Source: Salpingoeca rosetta (lineage: Eukaryota; Protista; Choanoflagellata). Taken from it: a stretch of 64,000 bases of DNA. The notes beneath the pieces are model-generated. The model worked only from the letters and a program-made list of their open reading frames with translations. It made no database searches and was not told the DNA's origin. This document shows, one piece after another, positions 39,562 through 52,729 of the stretch (position 1 is the stretch's first letter; the number at the start of each line of letters is the position of its first letter). The position numbers and the translations under genes were made by a program. The stretch lies in assembly GCA_033442325.1 (NCBI GenBank), contig JAWQFM010000023.1:1149908-1213907 (forward strand), in the 5' to 3' direction.

Positions 39562-40639
39562 CAGGCACACACGCACCGGCATGCAATAGAAGCCAAAGTG
39601 GATGCCCGGGACATAGCAGCCGAGCATGCCAAAGGTGATGCCCAGGAGATCAAGCTGCAGCCAGCGCAGGCTCGTCTTCTCACTGATGTGCGGCAGAAAC
39701 AGATGAAACAGCCCAGATGCGAGCAAGCAGGCCTTCATGGGATGTGGCACGTGCAGCAGCTTGGGTGAGACACAGGGTCGTGCTTTGAGTCGTTCTGAGC
39801 TTACAAGCAAGTCGTTCTGAGCTGATAAGCATTCGTGCAGTCTCTCGCACACAGATGCGCACACACACACACACACAAACACACACCTGAACGCAGATGA
39901 GATATGCGTTGAGGACAAAGCGATCTGTCTCGAGTTGGGCGGCATCCGTTGGAGCACCATCCGCGTCCACGATGGGCTGCGTCTGATCCTTGGCAAAGAG
40001 AACGGCGTTGTTCCACACAAACGCAGAGAAGCCCCAAATGAAGCCGAGGAGGTGTGTCCAGATGTTGAGCAGCTCATTGTGCAAGCCACATATCCTATCA
40101 GCAAGCGTGGTGATGTGAGCGCGTGTGCATTAGGGCTGATGGGAGTGCGCGGTGGCTCATGGGCATCGGACTTGGAACCACGGGTATGCTGGCAGGAGTA
40201 GGAACAGTGAATGCCGCTCAACGCAAGCGCACACACGTCATGAGACATTGCCGGTATGTGAGAAACGCTCTGTAGCCCGTGAAGATGTAAGGGTTGTCCT
40301 GCAAATGCACCGGAATCTGCAGTTGTTTGTGGTGGAACAGCGTGTGAGCTGTTGCGGCTAGGGCCAGGCGCAAGGCCGAGAGGGTCACAAGCCAGTACTG
40401 GTCGGAAAGGAAGCTGCACAAGGAAAAGCAACACACACAGACACAGACACAGACACACACAGACACACACAGACACACACAAACACACACCAGCGCACAC
40501 ACACACACACATACACACACACACACACACAGACACATACCTGATCGAAGGTGTATAGCCTGCGATGGGGCGGAAGCGAGTCGTGGTCCTTCATGCCACT
40601 GCCACCACCACTGACACCAGCGTGCATCTTCATCTTCAT
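38342..40639 (-). CDS. PAQR3: PAQR family (PAQR3-like, HlyIII) multi-pass membrane protein
   Basis: LYTFDQ|IPVHLQDNPYIFTGYR, HNELLNIWTH, SGLFHLF, LQLDLLGI, FYISRFPER..PG and FDIFCSSHQWWH are PAQR hallmark motifs including the Zn-binding His residues. The start codon is uncertain. Confidence 0.88.
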
Positions 40640-40759
40640 CAACTTCCGCCCACCAAACAGCTCGCCGATTTGACCAATCAGCGCTCACCAAAACATTTCT
40701 TTCCCATCTATTATTGTTGTGCTTGCTGGCAGCGAACAGGAAGGACAGCAGCAGCGGCG

Positions 40760-41151
40760 ATGGCGGCGATGGAGGCGGTGGGCGTGAGCAGCGGCGCGAT
40801 CGAGCGCTTCGTGCAGACCTTGCAGCAGCAGTTCCCGGAGACGTACAAGGAGATGACAACGCAGGAGGCGTGCACGTCGATCGTGGTGCCTCGAACCAAA
40901 GACAGCCAGTGTGCATACATTGATGTGATGCGCGAAGAGAACAAAGACAATGTTGGTCGAGCCACTGTGTTTGTGTCGCACGCTTGGCGCTACAAGATTG
41001 TCGACGTGCTCACGACCTTGCTGGAGTTTGCTGCTGAGGAAGGGCAGAGTGGCAGCAGCAAGACGTAATTTTGGTTTGACTTGTTCATCAATAGTCAACA
41101 CGTCAACGTCACAGCAAACCTTCCTCAAGACTGGTACGCATTTTGCGTGTG

Positions 41152-41221
<70 letters not shown>

Positions 41222-41312
41222 CGTTTGTGCTTGTAAGTACTGTCTCGTCTCTCGCGCTTCGTCTTCTACGCTCTCTCTCACTCTCACACACACTCTCACA
41301 CACACACACACA

Positions 41313-41343
<31 letters not shown>

Positions 41344-42960
41344 ACTCACTCACTCACCCCCCTCCCCTCTCTCTCCCTCTCCCTCTCACCCTTGCCCAAC
41401 CACATCACCAACCTGTGCCTGACATCCTCCAACAACACTCGCTCCCGCATCCTCAACCCCCCCCCCCCCCCCCCCAAACAAAACAACCGCAGGTGGAGCA
41501 CGACATTCAAGAAGTCGATTCGGCAGATTGGCAAGGTGCTGCTGGTCCTGACGCCCTGGAATGACCCCGTGCCGCTGACGCGTGCATGGTGTCTGTGGGA
41601 GATCTTCTGCAGCATCAGTCAAGCTGACGTGGACTTGCAGATCCGCCTTCCCTCGCAGCAGCGCCACGCCCTCAGGGACGCCATCACGGAGACGCACACG
41701 GCCGTCACAAACATGCTTGTCGAGGTGCAGGCAGAGAAGGCAGAGGCGTGGAAGAAGGAGGACAAGGACATGATCTTCCGCGCCATCCAATCAACCGTCG
41801 GCTTCACCGCCCTAAACCGCGCCGTGAAGGACCGCATGCGCGCCTGGTGTCTCCGCACCGTGGACGCCTTTGTCACAGCCCACCAGCAGCAGCGTGAGGA
41901 CGCCAACCGTGATGACACATGGGCTGCCGCGAAGTTCGCGCAACTGTGCCACCAAACGGGGATGGTAATGGTGACGTTTGGAGAACTCGACCGCGGCATC
42001 ATGCACCTGACCAAGGCCCTGGATGTTGTGTCTGGGCTCAAGGATCAGCAGCTGCTTGCCTCAACCATTCACACCAGCTTGGGCAACGCCTACAACAGCA
42101 AAGGCGCCTTTGACCGTGCCCTCGAGCACCACAGCATTGTGCTGCAGCTCCGCCGCGAGCTGCTGCCCGCCCGCGATCCTCGCATCGCCGCCGCACACAA
42201 CAACCTCGCAAACGCGTCTGCAAACAAAGGCAACAACGCGAGCGCCATCGACCACTTTACGCAGGCCCTCGACATTCAGCTAGCTGCGGTGGGGGAGCGC
42301 GACCCCAACACCGCTGCCATGTACAACGATCTGGGCAACGTCTACAACAACTGCCGCGACTACGCCCGCGCCATTGCCTGCCTCAACAAAGCACTCGGCA
42401 CCAGGATTGCCCTCCTTGGTGAACACCACCCGGAGACGGCGGTCACGCTCAACAACATCGGCAGATCCTTTGGCGAGATGGGCGAGCACGGCAAGGCCGC
42501 CGGGTACTTCCAGCTCGCCCTCGAGTGCTTCCTCACCGTGTTGGGCCCCAACCACTCACGCACGCAACAAGCCGCTCACAACGCTGCCATGTCGCGCCAG
42601 ATGGCCCTCGCCCACGGCATGCCCGTCACGCCCGTCACCATCCCGACTGCAGCACACGCCCCTACCAGCACCGCCAAACGCACCGGCACCAGCAGCCACA
42701 ACAGCAACACACAGGCTCAGTCACTGCTCGTGCGGTTCCTCGCCGCAGTGTCCCCACCAACGCCACAGCAGCAGCTACTTGTTCGCTTCCTTGCAAAGAC
42801 CCTTTCGACACGTGCTAGCCAGGACCCTGGCGCAGATCCGGGGCCCACATCACGCTTTCACGAAGCAGCCAAACACCAGCAAGAGCACAGCGATGACTCG
42901 CCTGGCGACGAGGAAGATCAGCATGTGCCCGTGCGCAAGGGGTGTTGTGGCATGCAGTGA
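40760..42960 (+). pseudogene. TIR/HET-like N-terminal domain plus TPR repeats and C-terminal CaaX, with an in-frame TAA at 41066-41068 (pseudogene or sequence error); intron 41134-41492
   Basis: ATVFVSHAWRY...KT*FWFDLFINSQH...LPQDW|WSTTFK...PWNDPVPLTRAWCLWEI, then kinesin-light-chain-type TPRs (HPETAVTLNNIG), ending KGCCGMQ*. Confidence 0.75.
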
Positions 42961-42970
42961 CGTTGCTCGG

Positions 42971-43119
<149 letters not shown>

Positions 43120-43192
43120 GGAGGAGCTTCCTTGCTTGTGGTGCCCTTGACACGCTGTTGATTGTGTTTTGCTTTGCGTCCTGGTAAATGGT

Positions 43193-46109
43193 TCAATACC
43201 AGCTGCTGGCAACAGAAACCAACACAGCAAGCACAAGCACAAGGAAAGAACACAAGCACAGAAGGTGAACACTGGAGGAAAACAAAAATGGTGCGAGGCA
43301 AGAAAGGGCATGTGAGGCCGAGGTAGCTTGCTCTTTGGCCAGACGCAACAATTTGATCGCTTTGCCAACCTTCACACCGGCGGTCTTGAGCATCTCCAGG
43401 GTGAGCTCGCCCAACTCAACCAGCACAAGCAGATCTTCAAGGGTGTCAATGCCGTGCTCCATCAGCGCTGCTTCGACATGCGGCAGCAGCGAGCGGCGGT
43501 TGAGCCATTGAATCAACTCGGGCTCAAATGCGCTTGAGGACGGGGACGAAGGGGTTGCAGGTGGTGGCGTCGAACGGGCCGTGGCAGTGGAGATCGAGGA
43601 AGATGACTGCACGGCAGACAAGTTAGAGGGGTGGAGTGAGCACGCGTGCCAAGCGGAAGAGGGGAAGGAGTGGATCATGGGTGCATGGGTGCATGGGTGC
43701 ATGTCTGCACGAACTCACACACCATACCTGCGTGGATCGCCGCGCGGCTGCTGGTCCCTTCACTGCATGCTCCTCGCTCCTCGCGGAGACGATGACCTGG
43801 CGCACCTTCTCTGCAATGTCGCGCAGCTGCGACGTGCGGTCCACGCCGGCATCCACCGCAATCACTGCGTCAATGTCAAACAGCGACAGCACCACTTTGC
43901 GCACGCTCTTGTGCCGCTGTGGCGGTGGCAGGCGCAGCACCTGGGAAAAGAACTGGTCCAGCGCTGACGCCGTCTCCTTGCTCACAACATCCGGCAACTT
44001 CGTTGCCAGCCGCTTCAGGCGGTCAAACGAGTCGTACTCGCTCACTTCCGCCGCGCTCATAACATGGTGGTTGCTGTCGTGCCAGCCACTGCCAACGAAG
44101 AGCGGGACGATGCGGCGAAGGCGGATGTTGTCTGGATGCTGGCGAGCAAGCTGCTGCAGCTCCAGCATCGCCATCCACTCCAACAGCACGTTGTCGCACG
44201 TGTCAGTGTGGCCGAGCGAGCGCATCTGATGGATGGCACCGACGGAGACGACGGGGCAGGCGACAGCACTGTTGTGCAGGGCTGTCATGCACGCGTGCTT
44301 GAAGTTGACGCCTGTCTCCAAGTTGTTGGCGTCCACAAAGGTTACCAGTCCGTGCTGCTCCAACTTTGGGTACAATGTCATCACCAAACCCCGGTTGCCG
44401 CGTTGCCTGTGACGTGGTGGTTGAATGTCGAAATCAGAAAGGAAGAGAGCGGGAAGGAAAGACGCCCAGTTCGCACCATACACACATACACACATACACA
44501 CACGCACACACAAGTCCCACCTGTAGCTGATGAAGGCATCGTATTTGCCCTGCTGACCCATAACTGGCAAGAGTGGACCATACTTGGCGACCAGATCCCC
44601 TGGTGACAGCAGCTGTGAGCGGCCAACGCGAAGCGCTTTCTTGTTCATGTGATGGGTGTGCACGTCCTCGAAGAACAGCAGTCTGGTGTCATTGAATGGC
44701 AGCAACAACGTGGCCTTGAGCTCGGGGTAGCGCTGCGTGACAGCTGTTGTGATGGTGTCGTACAGCATGTGCAGCAGCGTGCGAGGACGTGCAGTCATGA
44801 CCTTGATCTTGATGCCGCCAACAGCCGGCACGAGCTGTAATTCGATCTCAGCCACGTCCATGAAGATTACGGCGTCTGTCCGGCTCAACATGGGCGGTTC
44901 CGTTGCACCATGCTGCATGTGTGCCATCACGCGTGCCAGAACCATCGGGAACAGGCCCTCTGGCAGGAAGGAGGCTTGCTGCGTGTCTGCAATCTTGGCG
45001 CTTACACCCCTCTTGAACTCCCTCAGGCTGAAGGCGACGTAGGCTGTCTTCTCCTCATATCCAGCGTATGGATTGGCCTGCTGTGCTGCTGCCGTGCTCA
45101 GAGTCACCGACGACGACGCCTGTTCATCCTCCAGCGTCATCGGCAGGATGGCTGGGACAAGGAATTGTTGGTGGTGGTGCTGCTGCTGTTGAGGGCTGGA
45201 CAGCCGCACCATTGGTGCCGTGTAGTCGACACACAACCCGTACTCCATCATGAGTTGGAGGAAGGGCTCAATCGTGCCACCTTCCAAGTCCTTCCACAGC
45301 ACATCCAGCAGGCGACGGTGCAGGATGCCGCGGTCAACCAGGTCGTCCCACAGCTGCGCACCAACGGCCCTCGCCTCGCCATCCCGCACATCGTGATGCA
45401 GATCAAAGTTTCGGATGACGCGGGTCATCGTGTCCACCGCCCACTGCGGGCTCAGGATCACATAGTCGTCCATGCCAGGCACGCTGTCGTAGTACAATAC
45501 CATGGAGTACAGGTGCAGGAACTGGAGGCAGGCCTTCGTCTCCTGGCGTGTGCGCAGCCCACACGTGTGCGCAATCTCCACCACCTCGTCAAACGTCAGC
45601 AGCGGTCGCTTCTCGTCGCGGGCGATGGCATTGAGCTTGTCATAGAGGTGGAGGTACGGCACAGCCACCTCCTGGCTCACGTACTCCTGCGCCAGTGCTG
45701 TGGAGGAGATGGTCTGGCGCAGGTCCTGGATCATGGGATCATGGATGGACTGGGTGTTGTCGACGGGCCAGAACCACAGACCATGCTTTTCGTTGTGGAT
45801 GACGCCAGGGAAAGCGGGGTTGTGGCGCAGGCGGCTGTAGATGCCACGCGAGATGTTCTCGTGCTGTTTCCGCTGACTAACCACATCAGCGAAGGTGCCG
45901 ACGATGAGGACGGGTGCGCCCTTTGCGTGGAGGTGGAGGGAGGAGAGCCAGTGCTCCATAAACTCCCACGTCTCGGTCCGCTTGCTCTCGTCTTGGTGCA
46001 ACAGGTCCTCCATGGAGAACACCAGCAGGTACACCGCGTACCTGGTGTGGGTTGTATGTGTGGTGGGGGGGGGGGTTGGAATATATTGGGGTGAGTGAGT
46101 GAGGAGGCC

Positions 46110-46175
<66 letters not shown>

Positions 46176-46727
46176 GGCTCACTTGGTGAGGAAGAAAGGG
46201 TGGAAGATGTAGAAGGTGGACTGGCCGCCCAGGTCAAACACCTTGAACGTGACGCGCGCTTTGCCCTCGCCCATGACGGCGTCCACGTTGAACTCTTTGA
46301 TCGCTTTCTCCATTTCCTCCGCAGACATGCCGGTTGTGGCAGTGGTGCTGTTGTCACGCGCAGCAGCATCACTTTGGCTGGAAGGGTTTAGGGTGGTCTG
46401 CTTCTTGGGTGCAGACGCACACATGTGAGACGGCTTGCTGGGCTTTGGGACAGTCGCTGGCGACGTGCGGGAGGATGGCCGTGACCGCGTCTCCTTCGCA
46501 TTCTGTAACTGCTCCTTCTTCGACTTTGAACCCGTCGCCTTCTCTGCCTTCTCGGCTTCTTGTTGCCGCTGTTGGTGCTGGTGCTGGGCAACGCGGCTCT
46601 CCAAGTCGGCCTTCGCCTTCATCATCGCCTGCTTCATCTGCAAGTCCACGCCAGATTCCTGCACCAGCGCCGTGCCGCAGAGGCTGCGCATCAACTCCGA
46701 GATCTCCGCATCCAGCTCCTGCAAAGG

Positions 46728-46814
<87 letters not shown>

Positions 46815-49800
46815 TGAGGGGATGATCGTGTCAACCACCACCTCTTTTCACACCCAGGCGTCGCACACATCACATGCTCGCACCAGACAAGGGTACACAC
46901 CTGCCAGTCGTGAACGTCCATGGACTCGACGATAACGGCGAGGTCAGTTGTGGCGGCGCCATGCGTGGAGTGCTCGTGTTTGTTGAACATGTGACCCATG
47001 AGCGAGTGAAACGTGCTGGTTTTGCCGGCGCGCCCTTGGCCAATGAAGATGAGCTTGGCCCTGCTAGCCATGGTCGCGTTGAAGCGCGCAATGATCTCCC
47101 GCATGTGCTGCTGGAGGCGCTCCTTGCGCCCCTGCTCGGGCTGGTGATGATGACGTGGCGGCGGCGGTGGTGGTCATGGTGATGATGGTGTGAGTGAGCG
47201 CGCGTCATCATGTTGGGGAAGCAGATCATACCGGTGATCAAAATTTGTACAATGGGATGCACACATGCACATGCGTTGTACCATCTCTGATCACTCACGT
47301 CTGACGCTGCTGTAATTTCTTGCTTGGGTTTGGTGGAAGGGGTGGACGCACGTGGGTCTTTTGTGTTCTGCTGCTGCTGCTGGCTGCCTGGGTTGAGCCC
47401 CTCGATGCTGGTGATGGCAGTGTGGCCACTGGCCGTTGCTACATAGTGAGGAGTTTCTCCCTGCCAGTGTGAAGATATGGCAGAATGTGATGAGGGGAGG
47501 GAAGAACACAGACCAGTAAGCAGTGCCACACCACCGAACTTGACACACGAAAAGAATCTCACCTGCTTGTTCTTGACGGAAGCATCCGCGCCCTTCTCGA
47601 GGAGCAGCTTAACAATGGCGGGCTGGTTGTGCCTGCAGGCAACATGTAGCGGCGTGTCGCCCTGTGGTTGGGTCGTGGACGATGGGAGTGGGGAAGTAGG
47701 GCAAGTGGTGAGAATTCCTGGCAACATACACACAGCTCGCTGCACGAATGCACCACCCGCTTCACAAGCACGAGCACACATATGCACACGCACCTGTTCA
47801 TCTTGTTGGTCTACATCTGCGTGGTCCTGTTCAACGAGGGAGGTGACGGCTGCGACATTGCCGGCCTTGCAGGCAGTGAGCATGTACTCGTGCGGTTGCT
47901 GCTCGTTGTCTGCAGCTGCACCCTGTCGCTGGTCTGCTTGGTCGCCGTGGGTAGTGTCGTGTTGCTTCTTCTTCTTCGCCTCGCGGGCTTCATTGAAAGC
48001 GGCCTTGCCCTCATCGTCGAAGGGCCTGTGATTCCACATAAGATGAGACGCAAGCATCACGCAGAATGTGAGAGGAGAAGGGTTGAGAGAAGAGAGAAAG
48101 CGCATGACAAGAAGGGAAGGGCACGCGAGGACTGACCAGTCGCCTGTGTCGATCTCGCGGTCGACGGGCAGCGCGGCACCAAAGGCGCGAGCAGTGGCGG
48201 GGGAGTTCTTGCAAACCCTGAACATGGGGACACGTGGGGGATGTGTGTTGGTTGAGGGGGAGGGAGCAAGTGTGGTGCGTGGGTCAGGAGGGCTAGTGGT
48301 TTTGGAGAAATGCAAGGCAAGCAGGGAGCAGCGTGTGTTGTGGCATGTACTCAGAGTGGTGATGAATCACATTGCCCACAACGAGACACAAACGTGCATC
48401 AGGTAAGTGCACCACACCACAATCAACCAACCAGAGCCGTTTCAGCGTGCGATTCTGGTCCAGGGCGGCTCCCAGCGCCGCACCGCCAGCTGGGGTGATG
48501 GAGTTCTTTCTCAAGCTGCAAGTGGCCAGCAGTACATGTGGGAAGAGAACGCAAGCACGGGGAGAGGAAACGGGAAGTGAGGGAAAAGCAACAAGGATCA
48601 GTGTCATGGATGAACGTGGGTTGTGGATGAATCACGTGCGTACAACTTTGAGTTGCAATGGCACAAGGGCAATGACAGTTGCACAAGATATATGGCAGCA
48701 CGCATGTCACAGTGCTTGATGGATTTTGGGGGGGGGGGCATTGCTTTGCGCAACAAGCACCCAGCAGAAGCGTTGTGCATGGCTGGCTGTGCTTCGATTA
48801 GTTCATGGGTCCTCCAGGAACAACGACAGAGGCACTGCACCACACGGTTCTTCCACTCACGAGAGTATGTCGAGAGCCGTGTTGTGCTTCAGCATTTCTG
48901 CCAACGCCACGGCGCCGGGGTCGCCGATGGAGTTTTGTCCTAGACTGTGCACACAAGAGAGAAGAGGAGTGGGTGATTGATGTCAGCATACTCGATGGTG
49001 ACGAGGAGTGGTGACTGGGTGCCAAGAATATGGGGTGGTAAGCAGCTGTTGAGTTCACCCCACCACACATGTGCATGCGCACATCCACAGCACGGCGCAT
49101 TGTGCAACAGGCAGTGAGGCAGCCCATTTCCATCCACACATGAATGTGTGTTCACACTCACCCGAGTGTTGTCATGGTCGTGTTGTGTTTCAGCACCTCC
49201 GCCAACGCCACAGCGCCCTCATCGCCAATGGGGTTGATTCCCAGGCTGTCAATGTGATATCATGCCACACAGGGCAAAGATGTCACATGGGTGAGCAAGA
49301 GTGAATGCGTGACGATTCACGTGGTGTGGCAACAGTCGTTGAACCCACCCACCGCGCATGCGCATGCGCACACCCACAACACGTGACAAGGTGCAACGCC
49401 AGTGACGCAGCGCATTTCCATTCATATATACATGTGTGTGCACACTCACATAAGTGATGTCATGGTCGTGTTGTGCTTCAGCATCTCCGCCAACGCCACA
49501 GCGCCTTTGCCGCCGATGGAATTGTTGTGCAGGCTGTTAAGGTGGTATGATGCCACGCAGGGTTATGATGCCACATGGGCGAGGAAGCGTGAGTGCGTGA
49601 TGATCGCTGTAGGTGGCAACACAGTCATTGAACTCACCCACCACACATCACACGCGCATGCGCACACCCACAGAACAGCACGTCATCAACATGCAACATG
49701 ACGCAGCCCATGTCCAACCATATGTGCACGTGTGTTCACACTCACTAGAGTGTTGGCATGGTCGCGTTGTGCTTCAGCATCTCCGCCAATGCTGAAGCGC

Positions 49801-50366
49801 CTGCATCGCTGATGGCATTGTAGTTCAGGCTGTCAACACGGAAGGGGGGGGGGGTCAAAGCACGTGCCATGAGCACACAAAGAAGAGAAGAGGATGGTCA
49901 AGAACCAGCATTAACAGCTAGACAGCTCAACCAAAACTGCATGCCACGCGCAGTCCCACATCACCACGTACTCAAGCTTGTTGAGGCAGGTGTTGTCCTT
50001 GAGCGCCTGTGCCACCGCCTTCACCCCACTGTCGCCGAGGCCAGCCCCATAAAAGCTGCCAGTCAACATATGCCGAAAGCAAGAGACAAGCAGGCCATAC
50101 GTCACAGACGGCTATGGCGATCGTGGTTGAAGTACACGACAAGCATAGCAACAAGACAAGCAGAGAGCAGACCATGCAGGGTGCACGCTGTACTCCAACA
50201 CAGCAATGGCCGTTTTGGTATTCACTTACTCCACTTCCTTCCCACACATGTTGTTGGCGATGGCCCTGATCTTGTCCTTCACCGATTTCTCCCTCCACGC
50301 TAGCAATTTCGTCTGCGCCAGCAAGGTCTCCACCTCCTCCCTCGCCCTCTTCTCTCCGCCGGACAT
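43193..50366 (-). CDS. ROCO protein: RI-type LRRs, ankyrin repeats, ROC GTPase, COR, TIR, SAM, hydrophobic C-terminus
   Basis: LRR exons (NxIGDxGAVALAEMLKHNTT); ankyrin GDTPLHVACRHNQPAIVKLLLEKGAD; P-loop GQGRAGKTST; G3 FDLGGQ; G4 VGTFAD; COR CLQFLHLYSMVLYY...VILSPQW; TIR YDAFISYR...FVD...LETG...DNVLLEW; SAM WLNRRSLLPHVEAALMEHGIDTLEDL. Confidence 0.88.
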
Positions 50367-52729
50367 AGCTGGCTGTTGCTCCTGCTGAGTTGAAGGTGGA
50401 GCGTACGGGTCTTCTCTTCCCCCTCTCTGCCTCGCTGTTTGTCTGCTCTTCTGTCTGCTCCTCTCTTCTGTTGCTTGTCTGCTCCTCTCGCTTGCTTGCT
50501 TGTTTGGTGCTTGTGTGACTGGGGTGCTGTGACCTCTGCTGTGACTGGGAACGACGCAGAATGGAGTTGGAGAGGACACACCACAAACCAAAACAACCCA
50601 CACACGCCTGCTTGCAGTGCTTGCTTCTTCCCTTCTCTTCTGCTGTTGCTTGCTGTGTGTCTTTCTTGGGGCGTTTCCCCCACAAACACTCCGCACCCCA
50701 CGAAAAGTACATCAAGACTTCCACCATCCCTCCTCCTCTCGCGCAGCCACGAAAATTCCCCATATCTTCCTCCACAAAGCAGCCGGCCAGCTGTCCTTTC
50801 CTTCTTCTCCTTTGTTTGTTTTTCCCTTCTTGTTGCTGCTTGCTGCTTCTTGCTTGCTTGCTGTGTGCAGCAAACAAAACAACCACAACGACCACCACTC
50901 TCAACAAACCAGCCAGCCAACCAGCCAGTGGACGAGTTTGATTGTGCTGCAGTGCCAGAGTGCCTCCTCTCTCCTCTCCCCTCTCCCCTCCTCTCTGCTC
51001 TACTCTGCCTTGGTGGAAGCGCTGCTCCATGCCAAGTACAGAAGTGTGCACCACTTCCTTTCCTTCCCTTCTCTTCTCCTTCTCTCTCCCACTGACTGGT
51101 GTGTGACTGCACAACCTCCACCGACCCACAGCACCATTTCCCTTCCTTCCCTCCTGCTTCCTTCCTCCGTCCCCTCAACCCGTGTCTCCCCCCTTCCCTC
51201 TCCAACCCACACTCAAATCTCACTCAAAACAACCATCAGCCACCATTGCACCCCATGCATGGATCAGCGGCAGTGGCTACGCCCGCCGATATGGTGGCGA
51301 CCAGAATGAATAGCCATCTCCCCCTCTTTGCTCGCCAACACAGCAGCAGCAGCAGCATGGGCTGAGAACGACAAGGAGGAGGAGGTGGTGGTGTGAATCG
51401 CATGAGAAGAGCCGTGCAAGATCCTCCTTAGCCTGCTGCCCCTCACGACGATGTTGGACACTCCCTTCCTGACTGAAAGCTGGCTAGCGGGCAAACTGGC
51501 TGGCGACGGCATCGTCGATGCATGAGGAGACCATGTCAGTGACAAGTGGCAGCGGCATCCTTGCTTGTGAGTGAGTCCACACGTGTTTTGCCTTCTGATG
51601 ATCATTTGCTTCCATGTGATGGCCTGCACGCAGCTCCCTCGTGTGTGTTCTCCACATCACCTGCGTTGATGCACACACACACACCTCACTCACTCACTCT
51701 TGCTGGTACTGCCTTGCGCGTGCGTGGATTTGTGTTGTGAACCACACAAGCAGGTTTGATGGACGTGCACAGCAGCGTCGACTTCTTTCACCTGACACCA
51801 TCGTGGTGGTGCTGGACGCGTTCTGCTTCATCACACAGGCCATCCGCGAGACACGGTGCAAACGACAACAGCACCACCAGCTAACAAGGACGGCAACCAA
51901 GTGCAGCTGACACTGGAGGGACTTGCTCGAAGGACTGGTGCGAGGCGTTCAAGTACAGCAACAACAACAATAGCGCCATGGACTGACCCGCTTTGTGTGT
52001 CTTCTTTGCCCTGCAGCACCCTGACACACAGTGGTGGCTGGTGGATGCCTGCGGCCTTGTTGTCGTTGTTGTTGGTGCAGGCCACCTTGCATTTAGCTGG
52101 TTGGCTGCACTGCAAGTGGCACCATGCGATGTGGCTGTTGTCTTGAGCAGCGCTGTGTTCTGTTTCTGCTGTCCTCTCTTGCTTGGATAGAAGGTGACGT
52201 GGTGGGACATGTGCATGTTGGTGTTGACTGTGTGCCCGTTTGAGGGCTGTTGTCGTTTCTTCATGTCTTGGCTCTGTCCCCCATGTATTGTTGTTGGGAA
52301 ACGATTGAACATGCAAGATGGAATCACCGCAACACGGCAATCAACAACCAAACACACAACACTGGCAAGGGAGAGTGGCAGAGCAGAGAGAACAGCAAGA
52401 AGGAAGGCAGGGAGGAAGGAAGGAAATTGAGTATGCACGGCGTGCATGTGAACAAACAGCCAACGCAGTGGCAACAACAACGACGCATCATCAAACACCG
52501 CATGACACACTGCAACGCTGCTCTGTCGATGGTCGACCTGCAGGAAGAAAGAGATGCACGCGTGCACCAGCCACGACGCGGTGGCTCTTCAGATGGGAAG
52601 TGATTTGATTGGCAGCCGTCTCGTCATCGCCGTCATCGATGTGCGCACATGCAATTGCACAGCCAGCCACAAAGGAAGGAAGAGTCGCTGCGTGCCATGC
52701 ACCCCACATACATCCACCTCCTTCTTCAC

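Noticed and set aside
49972-51309. Long ORFs (385 aa, 307 aa) upstream of the ROCO gene
   Set aside because: Low-complexity purine/pyrimidine-skewed sequence without domain signal; more likely UTR or promoter.
51300-52700. Exon-like GC-rich patches
   Set aside because: Could not be assigned to any family; stops occur in all frames.
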